A stretch of DNA of 60,216 nucleotides, taken from IMG/VR virus record IMGVR_UViG_3300026077_000003, positions 1 to 60,216 of that record; one strand, given 5' to 3'. The stretch comes from a virus (Duplodnaviria > Caudoviricetes). Under the pieces are notes generated by a model that made no database searches, was not told the DNA's origin, and saw only the letters and a program-made list of their open reading frames with translations. The position numbers were made by a program, and so were the translations under genes. This document shows, piece after piece, positions 18,687-26,657 of this stretch (the first letter of the stretch is position 1; the number at the start of each line of letters is the position of its first letter).

Positions 18687-21187
18687 TGGCAACAGCAGTT
18701 CTAAAGAAATATATAAACGTTCCACCTCCTAAGGCAACTACTGCCTTTGGGAAGCAACTTAGAGCTCAGACTTTTGCCTATAATAGATTAGGTGGTACTT
18801 TGACAGGTATTGGAAAGAACCTGCAAGGTATCGTTACTATGATGGAGTTTCAGAAAGAGTTTCTTCTTGAGAATTTTTTAGAGAGAACTAAAAAACAGGA
18901 AGAAGAGACTAATAAGAAACTTAGCATGAGGAAACGGACTGCTAAGAAAAAGAAGAAAAAAGAGGATCGAATACAGGATCAAGAGGCAGAAACTGCACAA
19001 GAATTAGAACCAAATGAGGAGGAAGAGAAAGAACAGGGGTTAGATCAAGCAGAAAAAGCAGATAAGAAGAAATTTAGTTGGATAGAGACACTTGCTGCTC
19101 CCTTTAAACCGTTATTCAGTTTTCTTAAGAATCTTATAGGACCGTTTATTGCGGTTGGGTTCATGAAATGGTTGTCTGATCCGAAGAATACTAAACGGAT
19201 AGAGACATTCCTTAAATTCATAAGAGGACTGGGTAAACTGGTATTCGGTTTGGTCAGTTTTGGTATGAATAATGTCTTGGAGGGCATTGGTAATATATTT
19301 GGAGATAGAGAACCAGGTCAAAGTCACCTTAGCAAAGCTTTTGAGGCAATGTTTGGGGTCTTTAAGATTCTGGGTGGAATGGCGAGTTTCTGGTTAGCAT
19401 CTAGGATGCTAATGCCATGGAAGCTATTAAGTGATGTCAAAGCTATGCGTAGCATAGGTAGAGCATTGACAATGGGTGAGAAACCAGATTTTAAAAAGAA
19501 TCAGAAGAATCAGAAGAAGGATAATAAGAAGAAAAATGATAAGAAGAATAAAAAGGATAATAAGAAGAAGAATCAGAAGAAGCAGCAGAAGAAGAATCAA
19601 AAGACTACTAAGACAAAAACTAAAGCACCCAAACCTAAACCAAAGACCTTTGCTGATCGTATTAAGCAGACTAAGGAAACTATTGTTAAGAAGAGAAAAG
19701 CGATAGAAGAAGGTGCCGAGCAGTTTGTTAAGAAAAACGTTAAACCTCTTGCACAAAAGGGTCAGAAGTTACTTGAGAAGGTAAAAGTAAAGAAACCTCC
19801 TGGTGGTGGAAGCTGGTGGAAGAGTCTTAAATCGACTGGGCAGAATCTATGGAAAACTGGAATTAGAGAAGGTACTAAGCTTAAAAACGTTATAGGTGAA
19901 CAGGGTAGCAAGTTCGTGAAGTGGGCAGATGGTTATGCCAAAAAACAACTGGCAAATGCTGATAATGTTATTGGTGGCATTAGAGCAAGGGCTGCAAAAT
20001 GGGCTAATACTATAGGTGATGTCGTTGAGTTGGCAAAGAATCCTATGAAGTTGGTTGAGAAGGTTAAGAAGCAACTGATGGGTCAGATAGATAACATTCT
20101 TAAAAAGAATAAGACTATCAAACAGGTAATGAAAATTGGGAAAAACCCCAAAGAAATAGGTAAGATATTAAAAGGTGCATCAAAGAATAAGAATGTATTA
20201 AAACTAAAAGACGGTCTTAAAGCAGCAAAGAAGATGAAGATTGGTGGTGTTGATAAGGTTATCGCTGCTATCATGGGCGTTATTGACTATGCTCTTTTGG
20301 GTGAATCTCCTGTCAATGCTATTCTTCGAGCACTTGGTGGATTATTAGGATACACTGCAGGTTTTGCCATTGGTGCTCCGTTTGGTGGTGCTCCTGGATT
20401 TATTACTGGTATGGCAGGTGGATTTGTTGGAGAGCAAGCAGCAAGATTACTTGCTAAAGGATTAGTGCATATGCCAACTCCTTTTGGTAAATTAGGTACT
20501 ATTGATGATCCTTTTGCAAAGGCAACTGGTTTGAGTCCAAGAAAGATAGTAAGGGATCCTGATGATACAGCGATGAATGATAAGCTTTCTGGCGATCAAC
20601 AAAAATTAGCAGAGAAAAGAGAAAAGGAAGATGCGAAGGATATTAAACCTGCTGATAAGGAAGAGGAGAAGAAGAAAGTTTACCCACACAAGTCTCCTTT
20701 TAAGAAAGGTAAGGAGATTAAGTTCTCAAAGAAATCTGCAAATTATAATCGTAAGTTTGATTTATCCAGAACCCAAGGTGGATTAACTAATGAACAATAT
20801 GCTAACGATTTAGATAAGTGGGAAAGGCGACAAGTCACTTCTGGGATAAGGCAATATTCAGATCTAACAGGTATTAGGGTATCTCTCCATGGATGGGATC
20901 ATAAAAAACAGGAAGCAAGAAAGCCACCTGAGAAGGGAATGGGTGGAACAATCCCGTTCCAGATAGGTAAGAAATCTATAGGTGGAAGGATAAATACAAG
21001 GGACGCAGTTGGAAGTAAAGTTCCTAAAATCAATAGACCCATTAAGCGGAAACGTAGGGCAAGAACAAATACTGTTGTGGTAGCAGCTAGACAACAGGTA
21101 TACATACCTGGTTCTAGTCCAACACCACCACCAAAAGTAGTATATACAGCTACTCCAGTTATGCTTAATGGCAATATGAGGTCGTAA
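18686..21187 (+). CDS. Tape-measure-like/baseplate hub protein 1
   Basis: 833 aa, coiled and amphipathic Gly/Ala-rich segments, Lys-rich; follows gp51. Confidence 0.6.
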   Translation: MATAVLKKYINVPPPKATTAFGKQLRAQTFAYNRLGGTLTGIGKNLQGIVTMMEFQKEFLLENFLERTKKQEEETNKKLSMRKRTAKKKKKKEDRIQDQEAETAQELEPNEEEEKEQGLDQAEKADKKKFSWIETLAAPFKPLFSFLKNLIGPFIAVGFMKWLSDPKNTKRIETFLKFIRGLGKLVFGLVSFGMNNVLEGIGNIFGDREPGQSHLSKAFEAMFGVFKILGGMASFWLASRMLMPWKLLSDVKAMRSIGRALTMGEKPDFKKNQKNQKKDNKKKNDKKNKKDNKKKNQKKQQKKNQKTTKTKTKAPKPKPKTFADRIKQTKETIVKKRKAIEEGAEQFVKKNVKPLAQKGQKLLEKVKVKKPPGGGSWWKSLKSTGQNLWKTGIREGTKLKNVIGEQGSKFVKWADGYAKKQLANADNVIGGIRARAAKWANTIGDVVELAKNPMKLVEKVKKQLMGQIDNILKKNKTIKQVMKIGKNPKEIGKILKGASKNKNVLKLKDGLKAAKKMKIGGVDKVIAAIMGVIDYALLGESPVNAILRALGGLLGYTAGFAIGAPFGGAPGFITGMAGGFVGEQAARLLAKGLVHMPTPFGKLGTIDDPFAKATGLSPRKIVRDPDDTAMNDKLSGDQQKLAEKREKEDAKDIKPADKEEEKKKVYPHKSPFKKGKEIKFSKKSANYNRKFDLSRTQGGLTNEQYANDLDKWERRQVTSGIRQYSDLTGIRVSLHGWDHKKQEARKPPEKGMGGTIPFQIGKKSIGGRINTRDAVGSKVPKINRPIKRKRRARTNTVVVAARQQVYIPGSSPTPPPKVVYTATPVMLNGNMRS

Positions 21188-21188
21188 G

Positions 21189-23669
21189 ATGGCAGCAACA
21201 CCAAAAGCACGATTATATAAAGTAATAACTCCTCCTAAACCTGGAGGTGGTATCACTGTGGAGGTAGGTAAAAGCTTTACTTACGGTGGTGGTACTGAGG
21301 GTATGACCACATCCGTAAAGGCAATCAACAGGTTAGGTCTTACTACTAATAGTATTGCAATAATGGTCGCACAGATGAATGCGACTTTTGCTGAAAGCAT
21401 GAAAATGCAGATACAACAACAGCAAGAATTAGCAGATCAGAGAGAAGAGGGTGTACAAAAATTAGTAGATCAGAGAAAGGCAGAAGCAGAGGATATAAAA
21501 CAAAAAGAAAATTTAGAAGAGGATCTAGAGGGTGAAGCACAACAAGAAGGACCACCTGATCCTAAAGAAAAGAAAGGATTTGGATATGCAGCAGGTGCTG
21601 TTGTAGGTGCTGTCTCTAATGCATTTGGATTCTTCGAAGGTATAGCTAAATTTATTGGTAGAATCTTTAGGACAATGGTAACAGTTGCCTTCCTGAAGTG
21701 GATGGGTAATCCTGAAAACCTGAAGAAGGTGGAGAAGGTTGTACAGGGTGTTACCAGAATAGGTAAGTGGTTACTTAAGATTGCTGGATTCTTAATTAAT
21801 ATGGGATTAGATGGTCTTACAGACTTCTTAGAGAATCCACTTAGTTTTAAAGGTATATTTGGAATTGTTAAATTCTTAACTGCTGCAGCAGTATTCTTTG
21901 CACCTGCAAAGATGGCAGCACTAGGCATGAAAGGTGTAATGGCACTCTTTAAGGGTGGCAAACTCTTTAAGCTTATAGGTTCCATGCTCAAAGGATTGAT
22001 GGGTGTCTTTAAGGGAGTATTAGGCTTCATTATGGCAAGACCTAGAGCTGCTCTTATGGTAGGTGCAGGTGTACTTGCTGCATGGGGATTAAAGACTCTA
22101 TTTGGTGGGAAGAAGGAAGATGAATCTACGGAGAAAAAGGAATTCACTGGAAAGGAAGCTGATGCTCAGATAGATTTAGAAAAGGATATGTCTACTTATT
22201 TGGACAATCATGGGGAAGATGCTCTTGATCACCCTGAATACATTAGAATGCAAATTAGAATGGAGGAACTTGAGGGTGGCGATAAGGATGTTATTGATGC
22301 ATATAAACAAAAAATAGAGCGTATAGAGGGTAAGGATAAGAAAAGAAAAGTTAAACCTAAAAAAATTGCCAAAGGGGGGTTAAACCTTTTTGGGAATAAA
22401 GAGAAACCAAAGAATACACAGGAGAAAACGGAGAAAACGAAGAAGAAGAATGTAAAACCAATAGAGAAAGAATTTAAGATTGGTAGGAAAACATACGATC
22501 TTTCTCAACCTTTTGCTGGATTAAGTGATGATGAATGGACTAATGACATAGGTACTAGGGAACGTAATATTCTCTCTAGGAATATGAGGGCATACCAGAA
22601 TCAGCCAAAGATGGCAGCAGGTGGTTGGATATCTGGACCTCAGAGTGGTTATCCTGTATCACTTGATGGTGGTAGGAGTACATCATTTATAGGTCATGGT
22701 ACAGAGTATGTTGCACAAAAGAAAACTGGTGGTGCATTTGTAGTCCCATATGATACTCCTGCAACTAGAGGTAATGCAGGATTAACTGGTAGAAGGACTC
22801 AGGAAGCAGCCAATAAAGGATTTAGCATACCAGGATTTAGTGCTGGTGGATTGATTCAGGATATGGCAGAAGGTGGACCGATGGCAGAGATGAAGGGTAA
22901 TATGAGTATGGATGAATTGGTAGAAGCTGCTGGACCTTCATTGCTTGCGTTTATGAAACAGCACAATGACCTACTTGATAGTGATCCTGAGTTTTATGGT
23001 GAGCATACAAGGCTTTATATGGACAGAGATGGTAAGATGCTAAACTTTGGTAAGACTATTGCTAATATGAGTGAGTGGGCATTTAATGAAGGAAATCAGA
23101 TGATAATAGATAATCCGTCAATAGATCCTGAGGTTAAGAAACTTCTTCTTAAGAAGATGGATTGGGTTAGAAGGCAGACATTAGACAATCCTAACTTTAA
23201 GTCAGACATAGCCTTTAATCTCAATAAAGATATACCAGGCACAGCAGCAAATAGATTATATGAGAAGGCTAAAAATTCACCTGGAAACATAGCAATCAAA
23301 GCAGGAATTCCTCCTGAAGAGGTAGCAAGACTTTGGAATAGACGTGGTTTGTCTAGTGGTGGACATATAAATCTAGTAAATTTATCTGCAGGTGGTATGG
23401 TACCAAAAGCAGAACCTACAGGTGAATATATTAATGTTCAGGCAATGTCAGAGGGTGGTGAATTTGATGAAGGAGGAGGAGATAGTGATGGTGGTGTTAG
23501 TATACATAAAGGAGATCTAGCACCTATTAAAATGGGTAAACAAGCGGATGCTGGTCCTCCACCACCAATATTCGTTGACAGTAAATATGAAGTACCTGCT
23601 AACGATTATTTCCAGACTAGATATGGATTAATGGCAGAGGGAAATACCGCACCAGTTGAGATGTTCTAA
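21189..23669 (+). CDS. Tape-measure-like/baseplate hub protein 2 (paralog)
   Basis: 826 aa; shares NRLG, KW..P.N.K and DLS..GL..ND..ER blocks with preceding gene. Confidence 0.6.
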   Translation: MAATPKARLYKVITPPKPGGGITVEVGKSFTYGGGTEGMTTSVKAINRLGLTTNSIAIMVAQMNATFAESMKMQIQQQQELADQREEGVQKLVDQRKAEAEDIKQKENLEEDLEGEAQQEGPPDPKEKKGFGYAAGAVVGAVSNAFGFFEGIAKFIGRIFRTMVTVAFLKWMGNPENLKKVEKVVQGVTRIGKWLLKIAGFLINMGLDGLTDFLENPLSFKGIFGIVKFLTAAAVFFAPAKMAALGMKGVMALFKGGKLFKLIGSMLKGLMGVFKGVLGFIMARPRAALMVGAGVLAAWGLKTLFGGKKEDESTEKKEFTGKEADAQIDLEKDMSTYLDNHGEDALDHPEYIRMQIRMEELEGGDKDVIDAYKQKIERIEGKDKKRKVKPKKIAKGGLNLFGNKEKPKNTQEKTEKTKKKNVKPIEKEFKIGRKTYDLSQPFAGLSDDEWTNDIGTRERNILSRNMRAYQNQPKMAAGGWISGPQSGYPVSLDGGRSTSFIGHGTEYVAQKKTGGAFVVPYDTPATRGNAGLTGRRTQEAANKGFSIPGFSAGGLIQDMAEGGPMAEMKGNMSMDELVEAAGPSLLAFMKQHNDLLDSDPEFYGEHTRLYMDRDGKMLNFGKTIANMSEWAFNEGNQMIIDNPSIDPEVKKLLLKKMDWVRRQTLDNPNFKSDIAFNLNKDIPGTAANRLYEKAKNSPGNIAIKAGIPPEEVARLWNRRGLSSGGHINLVNLSAGGMVPKAEPTGEYINVQAMSEGGEFDEGGGDSDGGVSIHKGDLAPIKMGKQADAGPPPPIFVDSKYEVPANDYFQTRYGLMAEGNTAPVEMF

Positions 23670-25294
23670 TGTCAGCAGATACCAAAGAATATAGATTACA
23701 CGACGCTTATGTCGTAGTACAAGATGAAAAGTATGATATTACTGCAATGATTGCAGAATTTCAGTGGTATGAAACCATAGATTCACCATTTGTTCGGTGT
23801 GATATTAGTATGTTAGATACCGTACAGTTTGGTGACAGGTTGTTTGGTGATGAGATGGTTAAGTTGTGCTTTGAGACCTACGCAGCAGTACCTAAGAATA
23901 GGAGACAGAGTAGAGATCCAGAGAGAATTATGATAGATGCTGATCTGCAGATTTATAAGATAGGATCAGTTATTAAGTCGGAAAGGAAGAAGGCGTATAT
24001 ACTCCATTGTTCATCTCCAGAGATATATCTAAATGAATCTAATAGAACCTTTGGTGCACTTGGTCCTTATGCCCAGAAACCAGAAGTAATAAAGACTGTT
24101 ATTTCTGAGAAATTAAAGGCACCACATAAGATTAAGCATGATGAAGCAATAGAACCACATAGTAATCTTAATTTTGTTTCTCCTAACTGGAGACCTGTTG
24201 ACTGTATCAGTTATATGACTGATAAAGTAGTAAGAAAATCACCTAAAGGACAGAAGGGTGGTAAGAAGGTATCTCAGTCAGGGTTCTTATTCTACGAGAA
24301 TAGGAAGGGATTTAATTTTCATAGTATTGATAAACTCTGTGAGCAGGATACTCTTGAGACTTATACTTACACTCAAGCAAACCTATCTGGTAATTCTCGT
24401 GGTGATAATGCTTATCGTATTGAGTCTATTACATATCCAGAAAGGATGAATCATCTGGATAAGATGAGAACAGGATTATATAAGAATATCTCTTACGGTG
24501 TTGTAATTTCTGCTATTTCAGAGAGTGCTATTCCAAATGGATCTGCTAGTAGTAGTGGTATATTTGATAAATTGTATGATGTATATAAGAACACTAAGCA
24601 AATCGTTGGAGATGCTTTTAACCCAGAGAAAGCAAAATCACTTAATAGTGCAGAGTTCCAAGATTACTTAGATAAAGGTAAGACATCAGTTAATTTCTAT
24701 AATGCAGGGGGAGAATCGGATCGTTCATTTAATATGGATATTAATGCCAATACTATGAACTGGAAGAATACTGCTACTCAGATTAAAACTGCAGAGAACC
24801 AGTCAAAACCAGGAGGTACTAAGATGCCACCTGCTATCAATGCAATGAATAAGTTGTTTGAGATTGCATCTACTTTAGAGGAGGGATTCCCCTACGATAG
24901 TAAGAAAGCAGAAAGCTATATGAAAGATCATCCTACTAGGATTAAGGTTAAGATTCTTCCAAAGTATTCTAATCAGACTGCTGGTCAACCTAATAACGGT
25001 GCTGATAATGCACCTGAGGATATATTAGCTGTATCTAACTATGCATCAGGTAGACTATCATTATTAAATACACTGTCCCTAACTATCAAGGTTCCAGGAA
25101 ATACTGCTTTATATGCAGGTTCAGTAATCAGTTGTGTGATACCGTCATCTATACAAACCAAAGGTACAGACACAGTTCAGGATGACGCAAGGTACAGTGG
25201 TAGGTACCTTATTAAGGGTCTAGTACATCATTACAATAAAGAGGGAATCACCACAGAACTCTACCTTTGTAGGGATTCGGTACCCAAATCTTGA
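23669..25294 (+). CDS. Baseplate hub protein, gp27-like
   Basis: YETIDSPF, SPNWRP, FLFYEN..GFNF.SID.L, VPGN, YSGRYLI. Confidence 0.7.
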   Translation: MSADTKEYRLHDAYVVVQDEKYDITAMIAEFQWYETIDSPFVRCDISMLDTVQFGDRLFGDEMVKLCFETYAAVPKNRRQSRDPERIMIDADLQIYKIGSVIKSERKKAYILHCSSPEIYLNESNRTFGALGPYAQKPEVIKTVISEKLKAPHKIKHDEAIEPHSNLNFVSPNWRPVDCISYMTDKVVRKSPKGQKGGKKVSQSGFLFYENRKGFNFHSIDKLCEQDTLETYTYTQANLSGNSRGDNAYRIESITYPERMNHLDKMRTGLYKNISYGVVISAISESAIPNGSASSSGIFDKLYDVYKNTKQIVGDAFNPEKAKSLNSAEFQDYLDKGKTSVNFYNAGGESDRSFNMDINANTMNWKNTATQIKTAENQSKPGGTKMPPAINAMNKLFEIASTLEEGFPYDSKKAESYMKDHPTRIKVKILPKYSNQTAGQPNNGADNAPEDILAVSNYASGRLSLLNTLSLTIKVPGNTALYAGSVISCVIPSSIQTKGTDTVQDDARYSGRYLIKGLVHHYNKEGITTELYLCRDSVPKS

Positions 25295-25300
25295 TATTTG

Positions 25301-25320
25301 TGCTATAATTTGCCTAAATA
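25301..25320 (+). promoter_or_regulatory. cp12 promoter: extended -10 plus late-like motif
   Basis: TGcTATAAT 25301-25309 and CTAAATA 25314-25320. Confidence 0.6.
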
Positions 25321-25342
25321 GTAGGGTACTGAAGGTACAATT

Positions 25343-25570
25343 ATGCATACTATCGAAGAACACATCCAAAAAGACAGAGAGATCTTAGATGATCCACAGG
25401 TTAGTCCTGCTGCTCGTCGTCACATTAAAGAAGAACTACATGATCTAGTAGAATATGCTGACCATCATAAGGCAGAGATAGAAGCAGGTGATCACCATGA
25501 TCCAAATTGCTTAGAACTATTCTGTGATCAAAACCCTGATGAGCCTGAGTGCTTAGTATACGACGATTAA
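25343..25570 (+). CDS. cp12: Calvin cycle inhibitor CP12
   Basis: C-terminal LELFCDQNPDEPECLVYDD. Confidence 0.95.
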   Translation: MHTIEEHIQKDREILDDPQVSPAARRHIKEELHDLVEYADHHKAEIEAGDHHDPNCLELFCDQNPDEPECLVYDD

Positions 25571-25585
25571 TACCAATTTTATATT

Positions 25586-26191
25586 ATGCTTGGTGAATAC
25601 ATTGATATAGATGCACCCTACTCCTTTATAGGGGGTGGGGTCATGGAACCTGAAATTGTTGATGGTTTATGGGACTTCTGGGATGACCCAGTGGTCAATA
25701 CATACCTTGAGAAGACTGAAGGTCACTGCGGTGGACAAGGAGATAAGGTCAACAAAACGATCAAAGAATCGATTGATATGACCGTTCCTAGGTATTTTAA
25801 GGATAAAAGAATTACTAATTACATAGATGGTCTAGCAGAGGTTACGAGAGAATATGTAAACTACTGGCCCATGCTTAGAACGATCCATTGGGATCTGCAG
25901 AGTGATTTTAACTTGCAGTGGTATCCCAAAGGTGGAGGATTTAAACAGATGCATTGTGAAAGAAACAATGCAGATATAGAAGCGGTCACTCGTGTTATGG
26001 CATGGATGACCTATCTTAATGATATAGAAGAAGGTGGAGAAACATTATTTGATGTACAGCAAGCAAAAGTGAAACCCAAAAAGGGGTTGACATTGATTTG
26101 GCCAAGTGATTGGACACATTTTCATCAGGGAATACCTGCACCTAATGAAGAGAAGATGATTATTACTGGATGGTATAACCTTGTTCGATGA
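25586..26191 (+). CDS. Fe(II)/2OG oxygenase (prolyl-hydroxylase-like, HxE)
   Basis: MHCE, WMTYLND..EGGET.F, WPSDWTHFHQG, K.IITGW. Confidence 0.88.
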   Translation: MLGEYIDIDAPYSFIGGGVMEPEIVDGLWDFWDDPVVNTYLEKTEGHCGGQGDKVNKTIKESIDMTVPRYFKDKRITNYIDGLAEVTREYVNYWPMLRTIHWDLQSDFNLQWYPKGGGFKQMHCERNNADIEAVTRVMAWMTYLNDIEEGGETLFDVQQAKVKPKKGLTLIWPSDWTHFHQGIPAPNEEKMIITGWYNLVR

Positions 26192-26657
26192 ATTGATTAT
26201 TGGTCATTATGAGAATAAGAAACAAGCCTATAGCAATCCTACCAAGTGGCCATGGGTTAATATTCTCTACACCAAAGTAAAACCTAATGTATTAGAACTC
26301 AAGCAGTGGTATAACTATGCAGGGGAGGATGAACCGTACAGACACTACCATATAACCTTTGAGGTTTATGATGAAGAGACGGTTTTCACTAAAGCACACA
26401 ACCTCTTGATTGATAAGGAGGGATGTGAAATGCAGTGGGGATTCTTCGAAGGTACTTGGTATGGTGAGATTAAGGGTGAATGTATAGTCAGAGACACTAA
26501 AGTTGTTAGTGCTGTAGAATTTGATGGTACAAACTACAGGTCAATCGACACTGGGTATAACATAGAAACGGGAAAATTTTCTTGGGGTAAAGAACCGTCT
26601 GAGGGTTTCTTTACTTTTACTAAGCTAAATAATTCGAGGAAACTAGATTTAACATAA
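26181..26657 (+). CDS. cpeT: CpeT/CpcT phycobilin lyase
   Basis: GHYENKKQA..NP..W, QWYNY..PYR, GC, S.DTGY...WG. Confidence 0.85.
   Translation: MFDELIIGHYENKKQAYSNPTKWPWVNILYTKVKPNVLELKQWYNYAGEDEPYRHYHITFEVYDEETVFTKAHNLLIDKEGCEMQWGFFEGTWYGEIKGECIVRDTKVVSAVEFDGTNYRSIDTGYNIETGKFSWGKEPSEGFFTFTKLNNSRKLDLT

Noticed and set aside
19427-19756. Arg/Ile-rich and Leu-rich alternative-frame ORFs
   Set aside because: Shadows of the aag/aat low-complexity tract in the real gene
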